The position numbers and the translations under genes were made by a program. A stretch of 64,000 bases of DNA from a virus: IMG/VR virus record IMGVR_UViG_3300025102_000018, positions 9,885-73,884 of that record; one strand, given 5' to 3'. Shown one piece after another: positions 1-10,139 of the stretch. The notes beneath the pieces were generated by a model. That model ran no database searches. It saw only the letters and a program-made list of their open reading frames with translations, and was not told the origin of the DNA. Within the stretch, counting starts at the first letter, position 1. Every line of letters starts with the position of its first letter.

Positions 1-2
1 CC

Positions 3-3000
3 ATAATAATTGATTCAGTTAGTGGTGGAACACCACCCTATGAAATAAGTGTCAGTAAACAAGGTGAATCTTCATTCCAATCAAAAAGCTTTAATCTTTA
101 TAATTTATCTGAAGGTGTTTACGAATTAAGAATACTAGACGCGTTAGGTATGCGAAATACAAATGATATTGAAATTGGGTTATCAGCTTACACACTACCC
201 ACTTATTCTGCAGCTGTAACTAATACTGCATGTACCACAGACTCTAACAAATATTGTGATATAACAATTTATTCTGCGGCTACTAACTGGGAATCTCATG
301 AAGCTATTCTTAAATCAGCTTATTATTATAATTTATATAAAAATGGTAAAGTAGTTAGAAGTATGAGGGTAAATAGTGGGGATACTACTCAGACTTTTAG
401 TGGTCTCACAAATGGTGAATATTATTTACAGGTAGTAGACGCGGTTCCTAACACAGAGTATTATGATAGTGGTCAAAATTTTGCTGACGCATGTTGTTCT
501 GGGGTTAACGCAACTTATTCAGCAAATACTTTTTTCTCTGCGATAACTTCAGCCTATACAATTAACGCTTATTTTTATCCTGGTAGATTTTGGCCTGGAT
601 GGACTTGGTCCCCATTCCCACCAACAACATATTATACAGGGTTATATAAAGATGGTATAACCAACACTAGAGAAGACATGTGGTTTTTTACAGGTAATTC
701 TACCACGGGAATACTTGACCAAGTGGAATACACCAATTCCAACCCGAATAGTGCAAGAACTAACACAGACCGATTATGGTATTTAGGTGTTACTGGACAA
801 ACTATGTTACCAGGTGAAGATAAAGGACCAACCGGTCATACAGACCAAGGTCAAGGAGGTGAAGATTTAAGTGGAGGAACTATTACAGGACAAGATTATA
901 TAGGTACATTTTTTTATAACCCTTATGTTGAAAAATTTATAATGTGGGGTTACAATTCAGGAGCTACTGGATTTGGTTGGATGACTGTAAACCCTACCCA
1001 TAAAAATTATGACATAATACCTTTAGTAGGTTCTAAAAACGCAGCAGGGGTAAGTTTGCCTAACCCAGTGTCAGCCGATAACGTCACTTCAATCGCTACC
1101 GTAAGAGATGCGAGAGTAGGTAGAGGTATGTTTCAGTATTCTGGTGTGGGGAGCCAAGATTTTTATAGTGTAAAAAATTGGGACACTTATGATGTAGCGG
1201 GTTGGAGTGATATTTCAAATGACCTTAACTCACAACATGATACAGGTAATCCAGCGTTACTTTTAGTTAAAAATGATTACAAACAATTTGCTTCTGGAAC
1301 ATCACAATCTATGTTATCCCCATGTGAGTATTTAGATTATACTTGGGAAATAACTTATGGAAGTAGTGGTACAACACATAATACTGGTGGAATTATTTTA
1401 GCAGCTAAAACAGATGATGAAGGTCTTTATGGCGAAAAAGGGGTTACACATCAGTTAAGTTTAGAGTTTTATAGAACTAGTGGTATGACAGTGTATTATA
1501 ATAGAGCACAAAATGGTTACGCTTTCCAAAGACCCTTATACGGTCTTAGTGATGATGGGTGTGACGATTCTTTAACTCACGACTACATAACAAAAGACCC
1601 TACAAAACCAACCACATCTTTAGATGTTGTAAGTGACTTAAATACAGAGTATGTTGGTTTAATAAGGCCCAGACCTACGGTAGTGGGTAAGAAAATAGAC
1701 GAAGTTAGTTACACAACTAATGACACAACAACAGACTCGTGCACTGATAGTGCATATAGAGAATTTGAAGACAAAGTATTAGGTGTAGATGGACCTTATA
1801 ACGTGGGGAACACCATGTCAAGCCAAGGATATATTAGAATAAAAGTTACTAGAAGTGGAAGGTTAGGTGAAGATTTTAAAATAGAAGTAACTAGAACAAT
1901 GGGTAATAAAGGTGGAGCACAAGCTAACGCTAGTAAAGGTCCTGGTGACCCTAACCCCTACTATTTAACCATGGAATTTTCACTAATCGACAGTTCAACC
2001 TGGACTGGTGCAAAATACAGTGCTCCAAGTTGGGTAACTGGAAATGAATTATTAAAATTTTTAGGGGGTGTTAAAATAGGTTATACATGTGATACCTATC
2101 AGTCTACATGGTTTCATCCAGAATTTACTGGAAGTTGTAGTACTATAAGTTTACCTTCAGATGAAGACCCTGGAAGTGGTACAAATCTAGGTTCCCAATC
2201 AGGGGTAACACTAACTAATGCGAGTACAAATCATGTTGTAACAACTAAAGATACGTGTAATTTTGACCCTAAATGCACACCTAAAACACCACAAATAAAA
2301 CCAAGAATGCAAGGATACTTCCAAACATTCAGGAAACCAAATACATTTGTTTCTGGAAGTTCTAAAGATTTAAACTCACTCAAAGATTTAAAAATTTATA
2401 ATTTATCTGGCGATACATCCGCTAAGTTTAACTTTGTTTTTACAGGTGAAACTTCTGATATAACACTAAAAAGACTTTATCCACAATTAAATATACATAG
2501 GTATGAACCACAACAAAAAAGATTTGCTTTAGTGCCTGACTACAAATATCTTATTGATAATTTAGATACTATTAGTGGTGTTACCTATGATGATTTTTAT
2601 GGTATAATAACCTATGGTGCAACGTCAATAGATTATTCTGCAAGTACTTATATTCCTTTTTCCGCTTTATCTACAGGAACTTGTTATGAGTATATTGTTA
2701 AACCTAATTTTATTAGTAAGGATAAAACAACTACAGACCCTGTATGGGTAGAAATTGACCAAAATTTAGACGAAGTTAAATTTACTAGTGAAGACTCTTA
2801 CTTTGTTTTAACCACACCACCACCTAAACCACAATTAAAGATTGATGGGTTAGATTATGGTACTAATGATTCTTGTAGACTGGTACAACAAGGTTATACT
2901 GTTAGAGGAATTCCAGGTTTTGAATCTAATTCTGCTTTCACTTATTCAGCTATAACTTTAAATTTTGAACCTACGTCACGAATATTAGTAACAGCAAATG

Positions 3001-3797
3001 GTGTTCTTTTAAAACAGAGTGACAACAATTTATTCGCACAACTAAGTGGTGATACACAAAGTGGGGATTATATTATACTAAATAATAGAATTTATTTTGC
3101 TCCTAAAAGTGTACAAAATAATGATATAGTTTCTGTGGTTTATCCAGCAACTAAAGGTAAAAGTTACCATAACCAAAACTTTACAGTTGGAGCTGTGGGG
3201 ACTAGTTCTGGAGCCACCCTATATCGAAATAGTCTCTATTATTTTATTAATTTAGAATATGAAGCCGTAGGTGAAGTTGCTATAGCGATTAATGGTACAA
3301 TACTAACTCAAGGTATAGATTATACCAGAGTAGGAGAAAAACTTATACAGTTGATTAAACCTTTATATACGGATACTAATAATCTAAATAGTACTGATGT
3401 GATTAATTTATATTATTTAACACCTTATATGGTAGTGTCTAACGCGTCAGTAAAAACACCACAATTGGTAGTCCAATACGATAAAACACTTAACTATCAA
3501 GAAGAAGTAGAATTAAATGTTAGAGATATGTCGGGTAATACCGTACAAACTTTAACCAAAAAAATGAAATTACAGGATTATGGCACAAAAGCTTTTACAT
3601 TTACTATAGAAGTTCCTCACCCAGGAACTTATACTTATAATGTGATAAGTAAACGTGAATATCCTTTATTAATAGGAAAAACATTTACACAAAATAATAG
3701 TACAAGAAACATTAAATTTGTGATGGATAGTACAGTATTCTATTCACCATATAATTTACCAAGAAGTGCGACGGGAAGTAGTGTCACCTATTATTGA
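3..3797 (+). CDS. Large virion structural/tail-associated protein, 5'-truncated, with an SprB-like repeat at the window edge
   Basis: The frame is open from position 3 (IIIDSVSGGTPPYEI...LSEGVYELRILDALG, SprB-repeat-like) into the 150..3797 ORF. It is T/S/G/Y-rich and beta-like, and its C-terminal repeats (VTANGVLL..GDY, IAINGTILTQGIDY) resemble phage baseplate/tail modules. Confidence 0.6.
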   Translation: MIIDSVSGGTPPYEISVSKQGESSFQSKSFNLYNLSEGVYELRILDALGMRNTNDIEIGLSAYTLPTYSAAVTNTACTTDSNKYCDITIYSAATNWESHEAILKSAYYYNLYKNGKVVRSMRVNSGDTTQTFSGLTNGEYYLQVVDAVPNTEYYDSGQNFADACCSGVNATYSANTFFSAITSAYTINAYFYPGRFWPGWTWSPFPPTTYYTGLYKDGITNTREDMWFFTGNSTTGILDQVEYTNSNPNSARTNTDRLWYLGVTGQTMLPGEDKGPTGHTDQGQGGEDLSGGTITGQDYIGTFFYNPYVEKFIMWGYNSGATGFGWMTVNPTHKNYDIIPLVGSKNAAGVSLPNPVSADNVTSIATVRDARVGRGMFQYSGVGSQDFYSVKNWDTYDVAGWSDISNDLNSQHDTGNPALLLVKNDYKQFASGTSQSMLSPCEYLDYTWEITYGSSGTTHNTGGIILAAKTDDEGLYGEKGVTHQLSLEFYRTSGMTVYYNRAQNGYAFQRPLYGLSDDGCDDSLTHDYITKDPTKPTTSLDVVSDLNTEYVGLIRPRPTVVGKKIDEVSYTTNDTTTDSCTDSAYREFEDKVLGVDGPYNVGNTMSSQGYIRIKVTRSGRLGEDFKIEVTRTMGNKGGAQANASKGPGDPNPYYLTMEFSLIDSSTWTGAKYSAPSWVTGNELLKFLGGVKIGYTCDTYQSTWFHPEFTGSCSTISLPSDEDPGSGTNLGSQSGVTLTNASTNHVVTTKDTCNFDPKCTPKTPQIKPRMQGYFQTFRKPNTFVSGSSKDLNSLKDLKIYNLSGDTSAKFNFVFTGETSDITLKRLYPQLNIHRYEPQQKRFALVPDYKYLIDNLDTISGVTYDDFYGIITYGATSIDYSASTYIPFSALSTGTCYEYIVKPNFISKDKTTTDPVWVEIDQNLDEVKFTSEDSYFVLTTPPPKPQLKIDGLDYGTNDSCRLVQQGYTVRGIPGFESNSAFTYSAITLNFEPTSRILVTANGVLLKQSDNNLFAQLSGDTQSGDYIILNNRIYFAPKSVQNNDIVSVVYPATKGKSYHNQNFTVGAVGTSSGATLYRNSLYYFINLEYEAVGEVAIAINGTILTQGIDYTRVGEKLIQLIKPLYTDTNNLNSTDVINLYYLTPYMVVSNASVKTPQLVVQYDKTLNYQEEVELNVRDMSGNTVQTLTKKMKLQDYGTKAFTFTIEVPHPGTYTYNVISKREYPLLIGKTFTQNNSTRNIKFVMDSTVFYSPYNLPRSATGSSVTYY

Positions 3798-3816
3798 TAA
3801 TAAAACGACAAAAATA

Positions 3817-3824
3817 ATATTTAT
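3817..3824 (+). promoter_or_regulatory. Putative late promoter motif ATATTTAT
   Basis: The motif recurs a short distance upstream of about 15 start codons on both strands, always in the sense orientation. Confidence 0.6.
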
Positions 3825-3842
3825 ATAGTAAAATAGAGGATT

Positions 3843-6461
3843 ATGAGTTATATTTTAAAAGACAGTTCCCAAGGACAAATAGCGGTTAAACTAACGGATG
3901 CCGGTAGAAAAAAATTATCTGAAGGAAGACTAAACATAGAGTTATTTCAACTAGGAGACAGTGAATACTGTTATAATTGTTACGATACTTTACCTAATTT
4001 ATATGCGGGTATTAACATTTTGCAAGCTGAACACAATGCACAAAATTTAAACCCTGTACCAGAATTAAATAAAGGGCATGTTAAATACCCTATACCTATA
4101 AATGCTGACAGTAATTCACAAACTTTTGGTGTAGCACAAGCAAATCATAATGTTGAAGAGGTTTTTAATACCGCAACACAGAGAGGGTTTTTTACTGGAG
4201 CAACTACAGCTTGTACCTGTGATGTAGATACCACCCTTCCATATGAAATTACTAATTGGTCAGCTAACACTACCTCTGCTTATACCTTAAACGCGAACTG
4301 GTGTTTTCCAGCATCTGCGATGAGTGGTACACAACTAGTTACTTTATTATCCTCAAGTACCTATACTGATACCGGCGCGTTTAGAGAAGCGGGTGGATAT
4401 ACACCAGTACAAGGAGACATTCTAGGTATTAGATTTAATTTCTCCAGTGGAGGAACAGGTACCTGTGCTAGTGTTGTGTGTTCTGCAGCTGGACCTACAC
4501 TATTTTACCAAATAACAGATACCGTTGTAACCAATACTGCACAAACCGGAATATGGATAACCGCGACAGTAGATAGAAACGTACCTAATCTGATGCAAGC
4601 CGGGGTTTCCTATGGAGCGACACCTGGCACCTCACAAACAAATTGGAATAATATAGTATCAGGGATTACCGCAGATACGATATCCAATAATGAGGGATTC
4701 CCACGTTACTGTGCATGTGTACAAGTATACCCCGCAGTATCTGGTGGTACCTATAGTGCTAATTCTGAAAATCCATTTTTAACCTGGTATAGTTCAGATA
4801 CCCCCATACCTTATTGGTCCCCTGGGTCATTACAGTTTGAAAATAATTGTGATGTTTCGGTTGCGGATGTAAAAGTATGGAATATGAATGTACCTTGGAC
4901 GGAACAGGTAGCTGGTGTAGACAGCACCAACCAAGGGTATGAATCTTATAACTACTACGGTTCTACAGGTTTTTGTGGTACAAAAGAATATCTAGGATAT
5001 AAAAGTGATACAGGACAAATAGATAGTGGTGATGTAGCTGACTTTTATAACTCAAATCAAATTAGTTCTTCATGGTATTATGATTCTTATAAACATGTAA
5101 GGACGGTTATGCCTTCACAACAAAAAACAATTGCTATTTTTAATTATACAAATCAAACCATATCTAATTTTTATGGTGAAAAATTTGCACTTAAGAAAAA
5201 TGGAACTACTACAACGGGGATAGGAGAAGCTACTAATTTTAAAATATCTTTCCCATGGTTAATGTGGCATAAAAAGAGAGTAACTGGAACAGGTTCTGGT
5301 GATGAAGGTACATTTGGGCAATGTTTTTATGTTGACCCACAAATTAACAGTGTATTCCCAGACGCTCCTAATGTAATGCAATCTAGTGTTAATGACAATA
5401 TGAACGAATTTCCAGGTTTAAGGTATTATTATTTATGGGACGACAATCAAGGACCTATGATGTCATCTACCGGACAAACTACGGTAGGACCAAATCCCGT
5501 AGGAAAGGTTTGGCCTGATTTAAAAATAATAACTATTCATGATGAAGAATTAGTTGCAGCTTTATCCTATAAATCTAATAGAAGTTGGACACTTCCAGCC
5601 CCAACAGTTAAAAAAATAAATGCTGGTACTAACTGTGTGGGTTCAGCATCTACTATAGGTGCTTTCACCAATCCAAATTCGACAATGTACCTAACGTATT
5701 TGATGGAGAGTAATAGTGGACTTACAACAGGGTTACACTGTAATTATTATATTCCAGTAGAAGGTCCAGGTCCTGGATTAACACAAGACTTAGAAATAAG
5801 GTTTGGTCAAGAATTCCCTTATTTACGACCATGGCAAGCTCAACCTACAAATGCTGATATTGGTCAAATAGATAATGATAGTCAGGCAGCGGGGATTAAT
5901 TGGGGAGCATCCTCAGGGGGTACCGGATGGCAAGCTAATAAAGTGTGGTTACTATTCCAAGAAGTAATAGGTAGTGACCAACCTTCACCAAATCTATGGA
6001 AAAAAACAGAAGTTACCCAATTAATTCCAAGTGCATACAACACTTATGGAAATCAAATTCATGGGTCAGCTATGACACAAGCGGATACAGTGTTTTACTT
6101 AACAGCAGCAAATATAGCTACCGCTACCACATATACTTTAAACGATTATATTAAAGTACCATCTGCAACAACAGAAAGTACAGAACTTCAATTTGGTGAC
6201 GAGTACTTTATGTACGGTGCATTAGATACTGATATTATGGCCACAATATACGAAATGAGATATAATGTTAATATAGGTAATAACCAATTTGTAACATCTG
6301 TGAACCCTACTTGGCCTGGGGCTTCAGAAGATATAAAAATAACGGAAATTGGGTTATTTGATAATGAAAATGGCATACCTGATTTAATGGCGATAGCCAA
6401 ATTCCAGTCACCAGTTATCAGAAATTCAGCCCAACAATTTGTATTAAGTTTGGATTTCTAA
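3843..6461 (+). CDS. Putative tail/baseplate structural protein (tail-collar/fibre-attachment-like termini)
   Basis: N-terminal VKLTDAGRKKL...FQLGDSEYCY and C-terminal ITEIGLFD...LMAIAKFQSPVIR motifs resemble the DUF3751/P2 gpH-type tail fibre attachment domain. Confidence 0.6.
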   Translation: MSYILKDSSQGQIAVKLTDAGRKKLSEGRLNIELFQLGDSEYCYNCYDTLPNLYAGINILQAEHNAQNLNPVPELNKGHVKYPIPINADSNSQTFGVAQANHNVEEVFNTATQRGFFTGATTACTCDVDTTLPYEITNWSANTTSAYTLNANWCFPASAMSGTQLVTLLSSSTYTDTGAFREAGGYTPVQGDILGIRFNFSSGGTGTCASVVCSAAGPTLFYQITDTVVTNTAQTGIWITATVDRNVPNLMQAGVSYGATPGTSQTNWNNIVSGITADTISNNEGFPRYCACVQVYPAVSGGTYSANSENPFLTWYSSDTPIPYWSPGSLQFENNCDVSVADVKVWNMNVPWTEQVAGVDSTNQGYESYNYYGSTGFCGTKEYLGYKSDTGQIDSGDVADFYNSNQISSSWYYDSYKHVRTVMPSQQKTIAIFNYTNQTISNFYGEKFALKKNGTTTTGIGEATNFKISFPWLMWHKKRVTGTGSGDEGTFGQCFYVDPQINSVFPDAPNVMQSSVNDNMNEFPGLRYYYLWDDNQGPMMSSTGQTTVGPNPVGKVWPDLKIITIHDEELVAALSYKSNRSWTLPAPTVKKINAGTNCVGSASTIGAFTNPNSTMYLTYLMESNSGLTTGLHCNYYIPVEGPGPGLTQDLEIRFGQEFPYLRPWQAQPTNADIGQIDNDSQAAGINWGASSGGTGWQANKVWLLFQEVIGSDQPSPNLWKKTEVTQLIPSAYNTYGNQIHGSAMTQADTVFYLTAANIATATTYTLNDYIKVPSATTESTELQFGDEYFMYGALDTDIMATIYEMRYNVNIGNNQFVTSVNPTWPGASEDIKITEIGLFDNENGIPDLMAIAKFQSPVIRNSAQQFVLSLDF

Positions 6462-7474
6462 TGGGATTTATAAGTACTGCGACAACGCAAACAATATATT
6501 TAAAATTTACCGACTACGGTAAGTACCTACTAGCTACTAAAGGTTTTAGTCAAATTTTAAAATCTTTTGGGTTATCTGATAATGATGTAGATTATAGAAG
6601 GTTTAATACTGGACATTCCTTCATTCAAACAGATGATACTAGTTTTATTGATTGTGGTGGTCCGACCCATGCTTATCCTTGTTCTGGACAAACAATACAA
6701 ACTGCACCAGGAGGTCACGGTGTAGAAAGACTTTCAGGTTGTTGTTTCCATAATTATCCATTAGAAAGAGGTGCAACATATACTATAGGTACAAACTTAA
6801 ATGCAGGCGTTACAGCTATTGCTGCTGATACAGTCATAAAAGAAACGGTTTGTAATTTAGGGGTTATGAAGGGATGTAGTGTAGATGTCACAAATACTCT
6901 TATATCTGAACATTCTAAATCATGTCCCGATGAAAATTTTTCTACGTTACATTGGAATTACTCAACCCCAACACCTTCTGTATGTTTTGACCCTGGATAT
7001 AATGCAACTACTTTTGGAATTGTTGCGGGCTGTGAATGTTTTGATTATAATAATGATGGTACTTGGGATACCGATATAGATATGACTACTTCCTGGATGT
7101 CCTTCAATATGTGGTCACAAGGAATTAACGGAATGCCTATGGCAACTGGTGGTGTTTTTGGTGATATTAATGGTGATGGACAAATGAATTGTGATGACCT
7201 GGCGTATGCGTTGTGTTGTCATTGTTATAAAAACGGTACACTCCAAAACGGAACTTACCCTAGTAACAATATAAATAATTTCGTAGCGGGGTATTATAAT
7301 CAGGGATGTCCTTCACTAAGTTGTACATCACTTGGATTCCCAAATAACTGTCCACATAATGTACCGATATCAGGGCCTGGTCCTGGACCCACAATACCAC
7401 CTGTAGTTAATACACCAACTGGTGGAAGTGGTGCTGGAGGTATGTCTTCTGGTGGTAGAGGAGGTGGATATTAA
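6461..7474 (+). CDS. Putative structural protein, Cys-rich, with dockerin/EF-hand-like Ca-binding loops
   Basis: Its N-terminus is paralogous to the neighbouring genes (KFTDYGKYLL...FGLSDNDVDYR). It has DYNNDGTWD and GDINGDGQMNCDDL loops. Confidence 0.55.
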   Translation: MGFISTATTQTIYLKFTDYGKYLLATKGFSQILKSFGLSDNDVDYRRFNTGHSFIQTDDTSFIDCGGPTHAYPCSGQTIQTAPGGHGVERLSGCCFHNYPLERGATYTIGTNLNAGVTAIAADTVIKETVCNLGVMKGCSVDVTNTLISEHSKSCPDENFSTLHWNYSTPTPSVCFDPGYNATTFGIVAGCECFDYNNDGTWDTDIDMTTSWMSFNMWSQGINGMPMATGGVFGDINGDGQMNCDDLAYALCCHCYKNGTLQNGTYPSNNINNFVAGYYNQGCPSLSCTSLGFPNNCPHNVPISGPGPGPTIPPVVNTPTGGSGAGGMSSGGRGGGY

Positions 7475-7545
7475 TAAGATGAAGACTAATAATATGTTTA
7501 CAATAAAAAAGAACTTCGTAATAATTATATAAAAAGAATAATAAT

Positions 7546-9717
7546 ATGGGATTTGTACAATCAGCGTCAACGCAATACATACAAACTGTTTTAACTAACT
7601 ATGGTAGAGGATTACTAGTCAGTGGTACAACAACAGGTCTTGGTGGTCTAACTAACTTTGTTAAAAAATTCGGTTTATCAGATATAGACATAGATTACAG
7701 ACAAACAAGTTTGACAGGGCATACAGCTCAATTAGGTTTTATACCAGACGTTACAGGTGATTTATGTGATTGTTGTAATGGATTAAATGATGGGTATTTA
7801 CAATCTTCTTATTTATGCTGGCAAGGATGTAGTACTGTAACACCACAAGCTAAACAAATGTTAGTGGGTATAAAGAAAAATGCTACTACACCTATTAACT
7901 ATTATGATATAGCTGAAGTAGATGTTTATTTACATGATTATTTTGCTTTATTAAAATTGGTTTCTAATTTATACGCTTATGACCAAGAATTATTCTGGAA
8001 AGGTAATTCTTTACCTAGTGCAACAGCATCAGATTTTGAAACTGAAGCTGCACAAAAACTAGGGTTAGGAGCGAGTCCTAATTCTACAACTATAGGGGGA
8101 GCATTAAAATATTTAGGTAAATCGGTAAATGAAGGTGGTTATGGTAGGGGAGTTTTCTTAGATTTTTGGGACGACACCCTAGTTTATGACCCTACTTCAG
8201 GAGCACAAACTAAAGAAAATGTAGAAATAAGTTTTGGTAGTCAGATAGATAACAATAATCACCAAATATTAGCTGGAGGAAGTTACTTATTCTCACAGGG
8301 TCCTGCGTCTACATGGAGTACACCAGGAGCACAAAACAATATGTCCCCTGACTTAGATTTTGCAAATGGAGCATATATGGATATAAGTCAATTAACCCCT
8401 AATGTTTATGGTAATACAACCATTCAAAAAGGTGGTGTATCACCATGGACAATATCTTTTAATCATGCTACTACTTCTGGTCCTGGTCCTGGGGCAGTTT
8501 ATAAAGGAGCGGGTCCTGCAGGAATAGGATTCCCAATTACAGACATTGGGTATATGGCATTACCAACATACGAAACCTACGGTCAACCAGGACCTACTGT
8601 ACCCGGTTCAGCCGGTCAAGCTCAAACATGGGATAATTCTTCGGGTGTTCAATACCCTTACCCATACTGGCCAACTAGTAACCAAGACATTATAGACGCG
8701 GGAGGATTTTGGTCCAATGAAATATATTTTATAGGTTATTCTAACCCCTACCAAATGGAAAATATGTTTGGAATCACACAACCTAATGCAACTGGAAATT
8801 GGGTTACCCCAAATGGTACATCATTACAATTTGAAATTATGGGTGACAGTAATGCCCCTCTATATCGGGCGGTTAATTATTACGTACCAACACTAAGACA
8901 ACATATAATACCAAATTCAAATGATGATACAGCAAACGGTTATTATATACCAAGACCTGAAAGTATAGCAACTCAACTGCATTCAAATAGTACTTATGAT
9001 ATGCCTACAGTGAGTCAAGGGCCACAAATGATTTACACACCAGCTGTAGGACACTCCCCTATGAGTACATTAGGTTATTTTGGTACCACATTAGAATACT
9101 TTCACTTGGAGACAGCGACTCACACTGGAGTAGGCACAGCAGCTCTAGGTGGAACAGTAACAGTACCTAGTACTAGTCATGTTAATTATGGGGGTAATGA
9201 TGCAGCGAGTGTTTATGGTGGTGGAGTTTATTATACTTGGTTTACTAGAAAAATGATAATGAATGATTGGTTGTTGGATGCTGTTGGAAAAAACGGTTCT
9301 ATGGCATTCCCTACTTTCGCATCTGTCTTTTCCGCGAAAAGTAGTAGTAATCTGGTTAATATAGGATTTAACGCAGGGGATGTTGATGAATTTAATATTA
9401 GTATTCCAGTTACTTATAATATCCATTCTGCTGATGACCCTACGGTTTTACCAGCACTAGTTAAAGTTAATTTTATATATAATAAAGTTGCAGCTTTACA
9501 AAGTTTAGGTTATTCAGGTGTTACAGCATCATACGGGAGTAGTCTTGTACCGTATTACCGTTTATTTGATAAAACAGAAGTTAAATTTTATGGTGAAGAT
9601 GGTGATTCTTCTAATATATCTTCTATTACTCCAGCAACTGACGCCTTCCAAGAAGATAACGGTTCAGGTAATAAGATATTTAGAAAAATACACTCTACTT
9701 CTAACCAAGTTATATAA
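7546..9717 (+). CDS. Putative structural (tail/baseplate) protein
   Basis: N-terminus MGFVQSAST..VLTNYGRGLL...FGLSDIDIDYR is paralogous to 6461..7474. G/T/S/P-rich. Confidence 0.55.
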   Translation: MGFVQSASTQYIQTVLTNYGRGLLVSGTTTGLGGLTNFVKKFGLSDIDIDYRQTSLTGHTAQLGFIPDVTGDLCDCCNGLNDGYLQSSYLCWQGCSTVTPQAKQMLVGIKKNATTPINYYDIAEVDVYLHDYFALLKLVSNLYAYDQELFWKGNSLPSATASDFETEAAQKLGLGASPNSTTIGGALKYLGKSVNEGGYGRGVFLDFWDDTLVYDPTSGAQTKENVEISFGSQIDNNNHQILAGGSYLFSQGPASTWSTPGAQNNMSPDLDFANGAYMDISQLTPNVYGNTTIQKGGVSPWTISFNHATTSGPGPGAVYKGAGPAGIGFPITDIGYMALPTYETYGQPGPTVPGSAGQAQTWDNSSGVQYPYPYWPTSNQDIIDAGGFWSNEIYFIGYSNPYQMENMFGITQPNATGNWVTPNGTSLQFEIMGDSNAPLYRAVNYYVPTLRQHIIPNSNDDTANGYYIPRPESIATQLHSNSTYDMPTVSQGPQMIYTPAVGHSPMSTLGYFGTTLEYFHLETATHTGVGTAALGGTVTVPSTSHVNYGGNDAASVYGGGVYYTWFTRKMIMNDWLLDAVGKNGSMAFPTFASVFSAKSSSNLVNIGFNAGDVDEFNISIPVTYNIHSADDPTVLPALVKVNFIYNKVAALQSLGYSGVTASYGSSLVPYYRLFDKTEVKFYGEDGDSSNISSITPATDAFQEDNGSGNKIFRKIHSTSNQVI

Positions 9718-9741
9718 AAATAAAAATTAAAAAAAGAAAAT

Positions 9742-10128
9742 ATGCCAACTAACGATTATTGGGACAATATGTTTAGACCAGAAATGTCACGAACCACTAC
9801 ACAAGGTAACCAGTTTGGTAGTTCACCAAGTGCTACAAAAATAAGTTACGTAGAAAAATGGGCCTACCCAGACGAACAATATCCTAAATTTAAAGATACT
9901 TCAGCTCAATCGACTTATCAATTTGGTCGTTACCTTAACGAATATTATAATGCATATATTCCAGCTAGTTATATGTCATCGGTATCAGCCGGAGACGACC
10001 AACCTAGTAGAGTATTTTTCTTTCAGTTCGTAGATGATACTACATCCATACCTTCTAACTCAGTAGGGTTTCATTTTCCAGGTAGGACCAGTCTAAGCTA
10101 TGACATAACTAATCACAAATACATTTAA
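9742..10128 (+). CDS. Hypothetical protein in the structural cluster
   Basis: 128-aa ORF, co-oriented and tightly packed with its neighbours. Confidence 0.6.
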   Translation: MPTNDYWDNMFRPEMSRTTTQGNQFGSSPSATKISYVEKWAYPDEQYPKFKDTSAQSTYQFGRYLNEYYNAYIPASYMSSVSAGDDQPSRVFFFQFVDDTTSIPSNSVGFHFPGRTSLSYDITNHKYI

Positions 10129-10139
10129 AATAAAAAATT

